Below are positions 25,151 through 39,769 of a stretch of DNA of 64,000 nt, one piece after another; position 1 is the first letter of the stretch; every line of letters begins with the position of its first letter. The notes below the pieces were generated by a model that was given only the letters and a program-made list of their open reading frames with translations, was not told where the DNA came from and ran no database searches. The stretch comes from Azolla caroliniana (taxonomy: Eukaryota > Plantae > Polypodiophyta): assembly GCA_043228905.1 (NCBI GenBank), contig JBHGNT010000018.1, forward strand, positions 16,616,001 to 16,680,000, read 5' to 3'. Position numbers and translations under genes: made by a program.

Positions 25151-28100
25151 AACTCCCCCTTCACTCTGGCATGGGGTGTCTTACTAGTCCGATCCTCTTC
25201 CGGCATGCATCCAGCTTGTCGGGTATCAACACTTTGGTCAACATATCTGACCCGTTCTCCGTCGTGTGGATCTTCGTCAGTGCGAACTCCCGGTCATCTA
25301 CTCTTTCCCGGATCTAGTGATATCTTCGTTGGATATGTTTCGTCCGGGAATGGTAGGCTGCATTCTTGGCAAGATGGATGGCACTTTGACTGTCGCAATA
25401 AAGTCGGTATTCATCTTGCCGGATACCGAGCTCTCCGATGAAGTCCTTCATCCATAATATTTCCTTGCCTGCTTCCACAATAGCCATGTACTCCGCCTCC
25501 GTGGTTGACAATGCAACCGTCTTTTGCAACCTCGACTGCCATGAAACAACTCCCCTTCCATATGTCATTACATACCCGGATGTAGACCGGCTGGTATCCA
25601 CATTAGCCGACATGTCCGAATCGGTAAAACCGTCAAGTTGGGGTTTTCCGAAGCCGAATCGGAGACACATATTTGAAGTGCCCTTCAAATACTGGAGTAT
25701 CCATTTGACCGCGTTCCAGTGCTCCGTGCCGGGATTGCTCATGAACCGGCTCACCACTCCGACTGCGTATCCTATATCCGGTCGGGTACACACCATTGTG
25801 TACATCAAGCTCCCGACGGCAGAGGCATATGGAATCTTCATCATATCCGCCTTCTCTGCTTTCGTCTTCGGGCTTTGCTTACCGGATAGCTTGCAGTTTG
25901 CCGGAAGTGTCGATCCGACCGGTTTTGCATCTGACATGTTGAACCGGTGAAGCACCTTTGCCACGTACTTCTCCTGTGACAGCCATAATTGCTTCACTGA
26001 CAGGTTCCGGATAATATGCATCCCCATCATCTATCTTGCCGGACCCAAGTCTTTCATTGAGAAGGTCCGATTGAGGGCCTTCTTCAGCATCCGTATTTTG
26101 ACTTGGTCCCGTCCGACGATCAACATGTCATCCATGTATAGAAGGAGTATCAGGAAGTCGCCTCCTTCAAACTTCTTCACAAACACGCAGTGATCGGCCT
26201 GCGTCTTGTGGTAACCTTGATCGGTCATGAAGGAGTCGAACTTCCGGTACCATTGTCGGGGAGCCTGCTTCAGTCCGTACAGGCTCTTCTTCAACCGGCA
26301 TACCAGGCTCTCCTTCCCTTTCTCCACAAATCCCTCCGGTTGCTGCATGTAGATCTCCTCTTCGAGGTCGCCGTGAAGGAATGCCGTCTTCACGTCTAGC
26401 TGTTCTACCTCAAGGTCCATGCTTGCTGCTATACTCAGCACCGTCCGGATGGAGGTCATCTTTACTACCGGGGCAAATATCTCGTCAAAGTCCACGCCCT
26501 TTTTCAGCTGGAACCCCTTCACCACGATCTTGGCTTTGTATCTCGGGGGGTTGCCGGCATCTCTCGGTTTCAACTTGTACACCCACTTGTTTCGGAGTGC
26601 CCGCTTTCCTTTCGGCAACTCCACCAATTCGTACGTATGGTTCTCATGCAGGGAATCCATCTCATCCTGCATGGCACTTAACCATTTGTAGTTGTGGGTG
26701 TCATCCTTCGCTTCATCGAAGCTTTCCGGCTCCCCCTCATCGGTCAGCAGAACATGCTCTGCATCCGGAAATCTCCAGGGCGCCCTTCTCTCTCTAAGAG
26801 GATATCTCCGTCTTCGGGCTTCGGTAACCAGCTCCTCCATTTGCTCTTCATCTAAATCCGATTCGGGGTCTTGGCCGGTTCCGGATTCGGCTTCCTCTAT
26901 TTCTTCTTCAGCCTGTTCGGTGTCCTCACCGTAACCGGCTGCTCCCTTGAATGCTAACCGGTCTCTTGCCGGTTGGATCTGCTCATCGTAGAGTCGATCC
27001 TTACCGATCGACTCGGAGTTCATTATCTTCTTCTCCAACTCCTAGTCCGCGAGTGTCTTGTCCTCCATGAAGATAATATCTCGACTCCGGAATACCTTCT
27101 TGTCGACCAGGTCCCACACTCGGTAGCCGAACTCATCGTTACCGTAACCGAGGAATATGCATGGCCGGGTCTTTGGATCTAACTTTCCTCTCCGGTCCTT
27201 AGCTACATGCACGTACGCGAGACACCCGAATACCTTCAGATGCCGGTAGGATACTTCCTTACCGGTCCATACTCTATGTGGCGTGTCTCCGTCCAAGGGT
27301 ACTGAGGGTGATCTATTTATCACATATGTCATCGTCGACAATGCCTCAGCCCAAAACTTCTTGGGTAGTTTTGCATGCGTTAGCATACTCCGGACCCTCT
27401 CCATTATGGTCCGATTCATCCTCTCGGCCAATCCGTTTAGTTCCGGCGTCTTCGGCATAGTGAATTCGAGCCGGATTCCCTTCGAGCGGCAGTACTCCTC
27501 GAACTGCCCCTGGTATTCTCCTCCGTTATCTGCTCGAACCGCCTTCAGCTTCCGGCCGGTTTCTCTTTCCACTCTGGCGTGGAGCTCTTTGAAGACGGAT
27601 AGCACCTCATCCTTCGTCTTCAACGGTGTGGCCCACAGCTTTCGGCTGTGGTCATCTATGAATGTCATGAAGTACTGCACTCCGGCATGTGACTTCGTGT
27701 CTACTTGACACACATCCGTATGCACCAACTCCAGTGGTGCATTATGTCTCATCGGTGGCCTTGGTCGGAAGGAGGTCCGATTTTGCTTACCGAACAGACA
27801 ATCAGTGCACTTCTCCAAGTGCATGTTGTTCACTGGAATGAGATTGTCGTCTGCGAGCCTCTTCATCCCCTTCTCGCTCATATGACACAGCCTCTTGTGC
27901 CACAACTCACCGGCAGTGTCGGATGCCACGTTCACTTCTTCCAGACACAACCGGGCATTCATTAGGTACAATGTGTTGACCTTCCGGGCCCGAGCCACAA
28001 TCAGGCTCCCTTTGCTGAACTTCATGACACCGTTCCGGATGCTACCCGTGTAGCCTTCATCATCTAGCTGACCGGCTGATATCCGGTTCAGACGAACCTC

Positions 28101-28859
28101 CGGAACGTGTCGGACATCCTTCAGCAGCAACTTGCATCCGGTTGGTGTTGACAGCCACACGTCTCCTATGCCGACAATTCGGCATGTTCCTTCATTCCCC
28201 ATCCGGACACAGCCGTGATCACCGGCTGAGTAGGATGAGAAGCATTTCCGGTCCAGGGTAAGGTGGAACGACGCTTCGGAGTCTACCACCCAGGTCGTCT
28301 CGTCGCCGGCAAGGTTTATCTCACTCTCCTCGGTGATGAGCATCAACTCTTCTTCACTTGCCACGATTGCCGTCGTTCCCTTCCGGTCCGGCCCCCTCCG
28401 GTCTTTACCGTTCCGGTCCGGGGTCTACTTTGAATCGGTACCGTCGGTTTCCTTGTCTTTTCGGAAATGCCGACAGTTCTTTTGGAAGTGTCCCGGCTTG
28501 CCGCAATAGAAGCAAGTAGGCCTCCCCCTTGACTTTGACCGTGTCCCCGACTTCTCCTGGTTCTGGGGACTACAGTTTCTATGTCTTCCGCGTTCCGATT
28601 CGGTAAGGAGCGCTTTCGAGTCGGAGCTCGTATCTTTATCTTTCCGATGCGCCTCCTCATCTAGCAAGCTCGACTTTACTCTTGCTAGGGACAACCGCTT
28701 TCCTTCTAGCCCGGCGTTGCCCAAAGTGACAACCAATGTCTCCCAGCTATCCGGGAGGGATTCGAGCAGGACTAGCGCTAGTACCTCGTCGGCGAGAGGT
28801 ACTTCCAATGATGTTGCCTGGTGTATCAGCCCCTGGAAGGCATTCATGTGCTCCGCCAT
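25151..28859 (-). pseudogene. gag-pol: Copia polyprotein of D (gag CCHC knuckle, PR, GAG-pre-IN, IN, RT, RNase H) with premature stops; the gag N-terminus lies at about 35960-36308
   Basis: CFYCGKPGHFQKNC; WHKRLCHMS; VHTDVC, RADNGGEY; QLDVKTAFLHG, YMDD; FTDSD, STTEAEY. Confidence 0.92.
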
Positions 28860-29339
28860 TGTTAAGAGTCTATTACTAATCAATAGACCAAATCAAGTAA
28901 AAAGGAAGAAAATAGATTGGATAGAAGAACCCGTTCCACCCGACCACCCCCGAGCTATGATCTAGACATAGCCAACCTACCACCGACGTCCCATACCGCC
29001 GGATATTAGGATGACTAATACCTTGGAAGAGATAAACACGATCGTCGAGACGAAAGCCTAGCCCGCACCACCGGTGTCTACGACAGCAGCCTTCCGACGT
29101 GATCATCCCTATGAGGGTAGCTAAGCCTCATATTTATACCTTTTCCTAGGCCCCTTGAATAGATGTGCCTTTCTAAAAGGCTCTCTATTCATTGGTTGTC
29201 TAAATCATGATAGTGCATGCACATATCATTCATTCTATCCAATCATTAGTCCCCTTTTAATAATAGTGAACATACCCTTCACTAATGTAAATATTAGTGA
29301 CCTACCCTCACCAACGTTATGTGTACATAACATACTCCC

Positions 29340-32300
29340 CTACTTCAAAAGATTGCACTCTTGCAATATAAAGTGACGAAATTGTGCCTTAAGCGAATGC
29401 TCGCGTTCCCATGTGGCATCATCAATAGGTTTATCCATCCATTTGATCTTGAATAGCCGAATCTCTTTAGAACGTAAACGTTTAGTACGAGAATCAAGAA
29501 TTCGTTCAAGAACATGAGGTTTGTAAGAAAAATCCTCTAATGTTACAAGATCTTGGATTGTGATGGTGTTATCACCAGAGCCTAAAAATGGTTTTAGACG
29601 ACTGACGTGAAAAACAGGATGAATACCAACGTTACGAGGTAAGGCAAGGTGATAAGCAGATGACCCAACTCGCTTAAGGATTTCAAATGGGCCACAATAT
29701 CGTGGGGCTAACTTAGCGCACTTGCCCGTAGATAATGACGTAGAATCAGTCGGGACACGCAAAAAAACTTTTTGACCAATAGTAAATGCACGAGGATGTC
29801 TATCCTGATCAGCATAAAATCGAGCACGATCTTGAGCTGTCTTGACATTTTCTTTGGCAATATGCAACATTTGGTTCATGTCTTGCAAAAAATTGCGTGT
29901 ACTGTCTAATGTATCACGATGAATCGTGACATCAACTGGGGCACGTGGCTGGAAACCATACATCAACATAAAAGGACTATATCCAGTGGATGTATGTTTA
30001 GAGCTATTATAGGCAAATTCTAAGATAGGAAGGTATTGCTCCCACTTAGAAGGGGTTTTTGCTACATAAGCTCGAAGCATGTCCTCAATAATTTGATTAA
30101 CTCGTTCAGTTTGTCCATCAGACTGAGGATGATCTGACGTAGTTTCTAGTTTCTTAAAGACCCGAGTCCAAAAGTCACTAGTAAACTTGGAATCTCGATC
30201 ACTAACAATATCAATCGGTAATCCATAAAAACGAAATAACTCATCAACAAATTGATAAGCCAACTGTTGAGCGGTTACCGTAGTTTTTGTAGGAATAAAT
30301 CTAGCTAATTTTGTTAGCCTGTCAACGACAACCCATATGGCATCATGACCCCTCTGTGTACGAGGTAAACTAACAATAAAATCCATCGAGATACTTTCCC
30401 ATTTATTGTTGGGAATATCTAAGGGATGTAAAAGACCAGCAGCTTTAAGTCGTTCCGACTTATTAATCTGACATTGTAAGCATTGAGTTACGTATTTATG
30501 CACGTCAGAGCGCATCTTAGGCCAGAAAAAGTACACGAGATGAGAACGACTGTGCGTTGTATTCCAGGATGACCAGCAGATGGTGCATCATGACATTCAT
30601 GAAAAATTTTCTGTTTAACATTTGGTAAATCTGGAACACAGACCTTTCCACTACGGTAGAGCAAACCGTTTGTAATGTGAAAGGTCGCCTTCGAGGGTAG
30701 GGTGCTAGTATCGGCATCTAAACCAGATTCGGCTTTCGTCCAGTATTTTGAGAAATAACTGTCATCAAGGTATTTCCCTCGAAGGTGATCTAAAAGATCA
30801 GATTTTATTTCCGTGAAGCTAAGCATGTTAACTTCTTTAATGCGACTAAGAGCATCAGCAACGGTGTTCATAGAACCCTTGCGATATCGTATGGAAAAAT
30901 CAAAATCTTGCATAAGGTCAGCCCAACGGCCTTTACGACCAACAAGATCGGGCTGGTCACAAAAATACTTTAATGATTGATGGTCTGTTGTAACCACAAA
31001 TTTATTTCCATAGAGATAGTGCCTCCATGTTTTAAGTGCGTGTATCACCGCAAACAACTCTTTCTCTTGAACCGAATACCGAGATTGAGCAGCATCAAGC
31101 TTCTTACTTTCAAAAGCAATAGGGTGACCACCTTGATAAAGAACGGCACCAATAGCATAATCACTAGCATCGGTTTCAATTGAGAAAGGCTTAGAAGGGT
31201 CTGGTAATAGAAGAGTGGGAGCCTGACACACATGCTCCTTGAGTGTCTCAAATGATTTGTCAAGTTGTTCATTCCATGAAATTGGTTTGACAGACTTACG
31301 TGGATGACCTTTTAAAAGGTCAGTTAATGGCGTAGTCAATTTGGAATAGTTACGAATTGATTTTCGTAAAAATCCAACAAACCCTAAGAATGATCTAAGT
31401 TCACGAATATTACGAGGAATGGGCCAAAGTTTAACCTTTTCAATACGAGAAGGTTCAATTTCAACGCCATTTTCTGTAATTAAATGACCTAGGTACACAA
31501 TAGATTTTTGGAAGAAGTCACATTTTGAATGTTTTGCATAGAAAGAGTTGTCACGGAACTTTCGCAAAACAAATCGAACATGTTGAACATGATCTTGCAA
31601 GGTACGGCTATATATCAAAATATCATCCAAGAAGACGACAACAAAATCACCGAGTTGATCTCGGAAAACATCATTCATCGCTTGTTGGAATGTGGCTGGA
31701 GCATTAGTCAACCCAAACGGCATGACTAAAAACTCATAATGGCCATAGCGCGTACGAAAAGCGGTTTTAGGAATATCATCCTCGGCGATGCGAATCTGAT
31801 GATAACCAGTTCATAAGTCAATTTTCGTAAAATATCGAGCCCCCTGCAAACGATCAATCACATCATCGGCACGAGGTAATGGATATGCATTCTTAATTGT
31901 CATTTTATTCAAACGGCGATAATTGATACACATTCGCCACGAACCTTCCTTCTTCTTGACTAATAGAACTGGCGCACCCCAAGGTGATTTACTATACCTA
32001 ATGTGGCCCATACTCAAGTATTCCTTAAGTTGTTTAGCGATCTCATCCTCTTCTAATCGACTAAGTCGGTAAGGTGGAATGCTCACAGGAGCAGCCCCAA
32101 GGATGAGTTCAATTTGATGGTCCACATTACGTTTAGGTGGTAAAGTAAGCGGTAATTCAGTAGGAAACACATCTTGAAAATCCTCTAAAATAGAGTCGAG
32201 TAATCGTTGCTCAAAATGTGGTAATTGTGTGGCGTCAATATTAAAATAATAAAATTGAACCGCAGGATCAATTACACACGAATAAATTAATGAACTAGAA

Positions 32301-33727
32301 TACTCACTTAAAGATTTAGAAGACACAAGTGAATGAGAAGGAAGTTTGGAACATTGAATAAAATGTTTACAATTATTAAGTTCAAATGTGATTGAGTGAT
32401 TAACCCAATCAATGGACAAAGAAGGGTTTTTATTAAAAAACCAAGGATATCCTAAAATGACATCTGCGGATTGTAATTTCATAACATGAAAGTCAAGCTT
32501 CTCCAAATAAGTATCTATTTGAATTGGCAGTTGACAAACAATGCCACTGATGTATTGAACGTTTCCATTTGCCATGTGAACTTGATAGATATGATCACTT
32601 GCGTTTATGTGGAGCTCCATTTGCTGCACAAAGTGATCATTAAGAAAATTGTGAGAACTACCGGAATCAAACAAGAAATGTGCTTGTGTTCCATTGATAT
32701 ATCCGACTGCTCGGAGTAAATCATTAGGTCCAAGTAAATGTGAAGGAAAAGTGCATTCACATAAACTTAAGTGATTGCTATGAACTTCAACAATATCAAA
32801 AGACTCACCTGTGTGACTCGTAGATTTGTCTTGAGGAGGGGTGTTCATTGACTTCCTCTCAAGACGACGACAGGTATCCTTTGTGTGGCCCCGCTTCTTG
32901 CAATATGCACAGAAGAGGTTCGGTTTCTTTGAGTCGCGGTCAAGAGTGTCACTGGATTGCTTACGTTTCCCAATGAACTTGACATTCGGAGTTTTGGCGA
33001 ACTCAGGTTTATTGTGGTCTTTCTTGGAAGTCCTATGGTATCGCAGCACAATGTTGACGGCTTCCTCGAAAGTTGTGGGGTCCTTGTCATGGACAATCCA
33101 ATGATAATCCCCATTGGGAATACCATTCAAAAAACAAGCGACAAACCATTTCTCACCCGTAAGTCCCGATTTTTGGATCTGGGTCCGAGCGTGATGCACA
33201 TAATCCTCGAGAGAGGTAAATGGCTTACTAGACAATGTGAGCAAGTGTTGCGCTTGTTCGGTTTGAGAAGGTGGCTGCAAGAATTGTTTCTTAAAAACAT
33301 CAACGAAACCTTCCCAAGTTGTGGGTAAGTTTTTTGCGGTCCTTAGGCCACGCCACCAAGCAGCAGCTCGGCCACCTAACTCACGACCGACATAACCAAT
33401 TTTTACTGCATCGGGCTTGGGATGAAGCTCAAAGTGAGACTCCCAACGACCAAGCCAAGTGCTAATAGCCTCCTCGGTTCTTTCTTTCTTATCTCCCTTG
33501 AAAGGCGTGACTACGAAGGAAGGTTCACCTTCTTTCTTGGACTCAATAGTTAATTCTTGGAATTTCTTTTCCAATGCCATATTGGCCTGTCTCATTTCGG
33601 CCAATTGATTCAAGGTTCTAGTGAGCAATTGCTCAATAGTGATCTCAGCTTGTGTGCGAGATGCGGATTGGGGTTGAGAGGTCTCATTTGGAGAGATCGT
33701 TCCAACTGCGTTCAAAACTTGTTCCAT
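29340..33727 (-). pseudogene. gag-pol: Near-intact gag-pol of E: one stop in RT (31811-31813) and one frameshift (about 30530)
   Basis: ORFs 31811-33727 (gag, [18 protein letters not shown] start), 30488-31723 (RT, RNase H) and 29340-30536 (IN, chromodomain-like). Confidence 0.93.
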
Positions 33728-34714
33728 GATGCACGCTGTGGGTATGCAATAAAATAAGGAGGTTCAGAAAATACACAAGCAAAATGAATGCTTGAAATTT
33801 TGATTGAAAGAACTTTATCCAAGAAAGTATCTCATGTCTTTACCCCTCTAGACATATGAGATGTGATTCGAGATCCGATAACTATGGTAACACTATGGTG
33901 TTTTAAAAACCATGGGGGAAAACATAGCTAAGATGTATTTCTCGGATCTCTATCTTGAGTAATCATGGCGGCTCCCCGAGGCTCAACCATGGTTCTTACA
34001 TCAATGAAATTTCCTAGATAGCCTTATATTAATGCCAACCCATCATGTATTATATGGTCGAGAAAGTGTATTACGTGAAAAAACAAGTGCACTCACAAGT
34101 AATATTCTAGTCTTGTGAGCAATAAGCAAATGTGATGATAAAATGATAAAATAAGGCACTACTCATAAGAGTTAAGTAGTGACGAAAACAAGGGTAAAAA
34201 AAAAGAACCCATGTGTTACCTACGAAAAAAACAATGTCACAAATAAATGGGAAGTGCAAGGTATGCACATATACATCCCAATATGATTGTTATAACTTGC
34301 ACAATTGTGACATAAGCCACAAATTGATACAAGTGATGACGGTGTTGTGCGCAAAGATGTAATACTCAAATCCATGAGTAAAACATCAATAAGGGAACTC
34401 ATATGGTTTTACTCATTTTCTAAGGCTTGATGATAAGAGTTAAACCTAGATGACCCGTTGAAAAAAAAAATCGTTCAACAAGCCACTCCATACGAAAAAA
34501 TAGTCTACACGTAAAGGTTACATTAAAAATAAACGATGTAAATACTTTATACATGAAAAGGAAGTGGAAAAAGGAGAGTTAATTGTGGGCGGGTAAATAA
34601 TAATTACTAGAAAATCATATAAGTGAAACAATACTTATGAAATTAAAATTTAATTAGAATAATCAACAATTAGGTGTATGGAATCAAACATGCCCTAAGA
34701 TACGAAACCCTAGG

Positions 34715-35045
34715 GTAGTTGACATGCACCTCCTCAAGACCACCACATATCCCTAGAATCGGCCAAGTAATGGCTAATTAAAGAGGAAAGTGGCATAGGT
34801 AAGTGACATATACCTCGTCAAGGCCACATCATCCCTTAGAATCGGCCAATTGATGGCTAATTAAAAAGGAAAGTGGCATATGTAAGCTACATATACCTTG
34901 TCAAGGCCACAACATCCCATAGAATCGGCCAATTGATGGCTTAATAGAGAGTAGAGTGGCATAGGTAGGCAACATACACCTCGTCAAGGCCACATCATCC
35001 CTTAGAATCGGCCAAGTGATGGCTCAATAGAGGGGAAGAGTGGTA
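34715..35045. repeat. Tandem repeat of about 83-84 bp, 4 copies, in the leader of E
   Basis: Recurrent ACCTCGTCAAGGCCACATCATCCCTTAGAATCGGCCAA..GATGGCT..AGTGGCATA. Confidence 0.85.
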
Positions 35046-37424
35046 TACTCAACATCATATGCAAAACGGCCATGAGATAAGCGTGTGCGATTAGAGCAAA
35101 CACGCTCGACCCAATGCACAAGAATAATTATTATCGTAAGAGTTCAAGAGAGGAGAGAGTGGGATATATATCGCAATATGCAAAAGGCCATGAGTTGAGC
35201 GTGTGCGATTAGTGCAAACACGCTCGGCCCGATGCATAATAATAAGTAAAATCGTAGCGTAGTAGGAGGTAGAAAGAAAGAGAATAAAACGTAATACCAA
35301 TTTGATTCGACCATAAAGAACGCATAATAGAAAAAGAGAAGAGATCAAAAAAGAAGAATACCGGGTTTAGAGTGTTGTTTTGATCCTGAGAAGAGCATGA
35401 CGAGCCTTGTTAGATCCCCCTCGCTCACACGCAAAAAACATCAAAACAACAAAAAAATTGTTAGTAAAAGCTCTGATACCACTGTTAAGAGTCTATTACT
35501 AATCAATAGACCAAATCAAGTAAAAAGGAAGAAAATAGATTGGATAGAAGAACCCGTTCCACCCGACCACCCCCGAGCTATGATCTAGACATAGCCAACC
35601 TACCACCGACGTCCCATACCGCCGGATATTAGGATGACTAATACCTTGGAAGAGATAAACACGATCGTCGAGACGAAAGACTAGCCCGCACCACCGGTGT
35701 CTACGACAGCAGCCTTCCGACGTGATCATCCCTATGAGGGTAGCTAAGCCTCATATTTATACCTTTTCCTAGGCCCCTTGAATAGATGTGCCTTTCTAAA
35801 AGGCTCTCTATTCATTGGTTGTCTAAATCATGATAGTGCATGCACATATCATTCATTCTATCCAATCATTAGTCCCCTTTTAATAATAGTGAACATACCC
35901 TTCACTAATGTAAATATTAGTGACCTACCCTCACCAACGTTATGTGTACATAACAGCCATGTTGGAGCCATCTTGGTACTAGAGTCTAAATAGCTTCCGG
36001 AATACCGAAACCTGATTAACGGTATTTTTGTTTTGAAACATTATGCCGATCTTCTCCTAGAGCTCATGAGCCTTGCTCTCTTCATTGAAGTTGTTGTATA
36101 GGCTCATGTCGATGAAGCACCGTATGTACGCCGTTGTCTTCATGTGCATCACCTCCCACATCGCGGCATCGATTTTGTCCGGTCTCTTGGTCCCCGAACT
36201 GAACCGGCAGCCAGAGGTCTTTAACCACGAGCATGTCCCTCATCTTCAACTTCCACACTGAATAGTTGGAGCCGGTGACCTTGAACATGCCGCCAAACGA
36301 TTCGTCCATTTTCTGTGTCGTTTTGCTCTGATACCACTTGATGGGGACTGCCCGCTCTTTATACGCAATGCTTGGCCACAACCGAGCTTAGAATCATACA
36401 TAGAAAACGGGAAATGAAACGCACGACACAAAGAGGAGAAGAGTACACAGGATGTTTACGTGGAAAACCCAAACTAGGGAAAAAACCACGGCAGCCCAGA
36501 GGCTGCAAACTATCACTATGCTAGAATGTACAACAATGAGTTCACGGAGGCAACGACCTCATGCTCACGATCTTCGCCACACGCGGTGGTTACAACAGAG
36601 GCAGCGACCTCTTCCTCTCACTCTTTTTCTCTCTTTACACTGTTACGCGCTATATATTCTTGTGCAAAAGCAAAAACGACAACAACAACTAAAAGTTTCC
36701 CCTAAGTCATATTTATACTAATATGACTTTTCAGCTATTTACAAATATAGCCTCTATGGACTCACAGAAACATATTTACGAATATGTCTCTTCATCTGGT
36801 TCTCACCGGGTCTGCACCATCCGGCTCTCCGTAGCCGGGTACTCCTCATCCAGTTTCAGCCTCGGCCGAGTTTGTTCATTAGCACTGTTCTTATCCCTTT
36901 CGCATCCGGAGGGACCTATCTCCCAACAGATTGGGCTCCTGGCTAGGTTGTGGTGGGACACTAGGCTCTCTGGGTACCGACTAGAAGTTCTCATAAAGAA
37001 TTCCCAAGAGCTTCATTTTCAAGCTGGAGTTGTTGTAAGGTTGTCATTATTTGGCTTAAGTCACAGGCTAGGTCAGACATAGCTACAACTAATGAGAAGG
37101 AGAGCTACGAGGATGGGAAGGTGAACAAATTGTCAAAGGGATGAGTTGATTAATTGAAAGACTCTGTAACTAGTGTTGTTCACCTTGATTATAATCTAGG
37201 TGAACACACATATTTATACAAGTTCTGAGATTGAATATCTCTTTAATATACCTAAGAAATATCTCTAGAATATACCCGAAAAATATCTCTAGAATATACC
37301 ATAGAACATTTCTAGAATATACTAAAGACTAGAATATTCTATATGCTAGGCTATACAATATTAACCATACTACATATTGGGTGTGTTATAGGTCGGAGGT
37401 TCAAGTCACATCCTAGATGTGACA

Positions 37425-38460
37425 GAAATCACCCGAGGATTACCAAGTTTCTTGTCTTCCTCCATAGCATTGAAGTTAGCATGTCACTCCAACAAAAGAG
37501 CAGTTCCATATTTGAGCTCTATAAATTTCATATCCACAATCTAGGATACATCACCCCCCTCGTCCACTTCAACATGAAAGAAATTTCGACCCATATTCTG
37601 CACATTTAGTATTTGCGGAACCCTATCCATAAGAGCTATGTGTAGCATGTCACCAAGTAGCTTACAAATGAACGAGCATTTCTTTAATCTTTCAATCTTC
37701 GCATTCAAAATTTTATATTCATCCTCGGACAAAAAAACCTCTAGTAACTCAGAGCTCTCCTTCCTGTCCATTTCCTTATCATGACCCCATCTCGGGCATG
37801 CATTATGCACCTGACCAGAGTCCTGGAAAATATTTTCTACTTGCAACATGTCCTTTGTGGCTTCCAATTCCGCAGCACCATCCAACCCTAGTGACGATCC
37901 ACCTGACTACCCTCGCTACCTCCCCTCACTCATCACTTGCTATAATGCATGGCTGGAATGATCTTTCCCAAGTATTTGCTTCCCAACCTCTTTATTCCAA
38001 ACCTTTGACACTCCCCACACTCTCGAATCCTCTGAGCATTCAATGATGAAGATCGTTGCTGCCTTGCTGCGGAGAGGAGCCCTATCATCCTCTTCCATCC
38101 AGCCCACCTTGTCTGATAGAATGATTGATTCCTTATGTATCCCCCTATCTCCATCGATAATGTGTTGCCTTGCTTCTTTCAACATACCATCTACTTTCCT
38201 ACGCTCCCCATTTGCAACCTGATGCTTCTCCCTATCCCTGTTCCTACCTTGCAATGTGTACCTTGATTCCACTGACCTTACAGCGAGCACGCTTGCCACT
38301 GTTACCTTAATTGCAGTCGTTGATGCTTTAAATCCCATTGTTCGTTCCTTTGCCCAGATGTTCATGTATCCCTGTGTACCCTACTCCTACCCTACACCCT
38401 AATGGACAAGACATACTAGGCGCTTGAGGAGGAGTGGAGCTTCGTATCGATCGTTTGCGT
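37425..38460 (-). pseudogene. Decayed L1-type LINE ORF1 fragment (DUF4283-like)
   Basis: KIERLKKCSFICKLLG...VQNMGRNFFHVEVD resembles the plant LINE ORF1 RRM region. Confidence 0.45.
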
Positions 38461-39769
38461 TTGGAGCAGTCTCTGCAACCCACAACCCCATCCCGTCATC
38501 TCTGATTTTCCCCAATGGGATAGGGTAACTTTAGGAGCTATTAGGAAAATTCACAGTTCAAAGAATGTATAAATAACTTACCACTTGATGTTGTTGTATC
38601 CATTATGATTTTGGTATGAACTACACATTGAAAGTTCAAAATGAGGTTCAATCAATGCATTGGTACAAAGACCCATGTGCAATACTTATATGTATTTTCT
38701 ATTGGAGATGAACAAATATAAGGAAAGGTGTAAGACCCTTAAAGCCTTATTCAAATAATCGATGCATTATGAGATCCAAAAAGAATTAAAAACCAGGATT
38801 GTATATATGAATGTCTTACACTTGTTAATTTATATATTAGAATGATAGATGTTGAGCTTTGACGCTATGCTAAATGATATGTACCAATGTGCATTGGTAC
38901 TATGAATGATGGATGTTTATCTTTGATTTTGTTCAAGCAAGATATTATGAGATTTTTGTTATGCGTACTCTCAACTGCGTGATGAATCTTAGCAGGCTAT
39001 GCACTAAACTCAAAAGAGAAATATAGTATCAAACAATTATGTATACGTGTATATTCTCTAACTATGAATATGAATGTTAGATGTTCAAATTTGATTATGT
39101 TCACCCAATTATGTGATGTCTAACACTATGTGATGATGAATCTTGTGTGTAGGATCCCTGAACTTTGGAGTCACAACAAATTCTAGAATTTGAACACACT
39201 AGCATAGGGGCTTGTTGTTTGATGCCCTTCCTTAATGTTGTGCTATCAGATACTATAATATTCATTGCAAGAAGAGTAACATGAGTGGTTAATGTAACAT
39301 GAGCCCTCCCTTGAAAATGATTCAAACAAAATACATATTGACTCAAATATATACTGACTCCCTATAAGTGCAGAATGAACTTGGTTCTAAATTAGTTCTA
39401 AATGACCTAAATACAAAATGAACTTGCTACTACATCAATAATAAACCAACTACACACTTAAGTGGAGAATGCACTTCATACGACATCAATACCAAATCAC
39501 CTCATTACATAATGAAATATAATGTAAGGAACAATTGAGACGCACACACCAACTAAACACTTGAATATTGAATGAAATATAATGTAATGAACAACTTAAT
39601 ACTAAACCAATCAAACACCTACATGCATCATGCACATTTGTTCTACATTAATTCTAAACCACTTGAATACCAAATGAAATATAATGTAAAGAACAACATT
39701 AGTGCTAAACAAACTAAACACCTAGTGCATCATGATCATTTGTTCTACATCAGTACTAAACCACCTAAC

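Larger units (their letters stand above)
28860..35955 (-). mobile_element. Young Ty3/Gypsy chromovirus element E (protein relative of B), nested in Copia D
   Basis: 473-bp LTRs 28860-29332 and 35483-35955, with one mismatch seen by eye; TSD GCCAT; iMet PBS at 35481-35470; PPT next to 29332. Confidence 0.97.
24469..36928 (-). mobile_element. Ty1/Copia element D, interrupted in gag by element E
   Basis: LTRs 24469-25150 and 36339-36928; TSD GATTG; PBS TGGTATCAGAGC at 36336-36325; PPT next to 25150; gag-PR-IN-RT-RNase H order. Confidence 0.95.
10290..37424 (-). mobile_element. Old chromoviral Gypsy relic (element C), host of elements A and D; pieces at 10290-10780, 23699-24468, 36934-37424
   Basis: Protease remnant ALLDSGESSCFID (10352-10684), gag remnants on both sides of the inserts, and a probable 5' LTR at about 37072-37424 ending TGACA. 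Confidence 0.6.

Noticed and set aside
38500-39769. AT-rich interval with short imperfect repeats (AATGAAATATAATGTAA)
   Set aside because: No coding signal or termini recognised; probably a decayed repeat.
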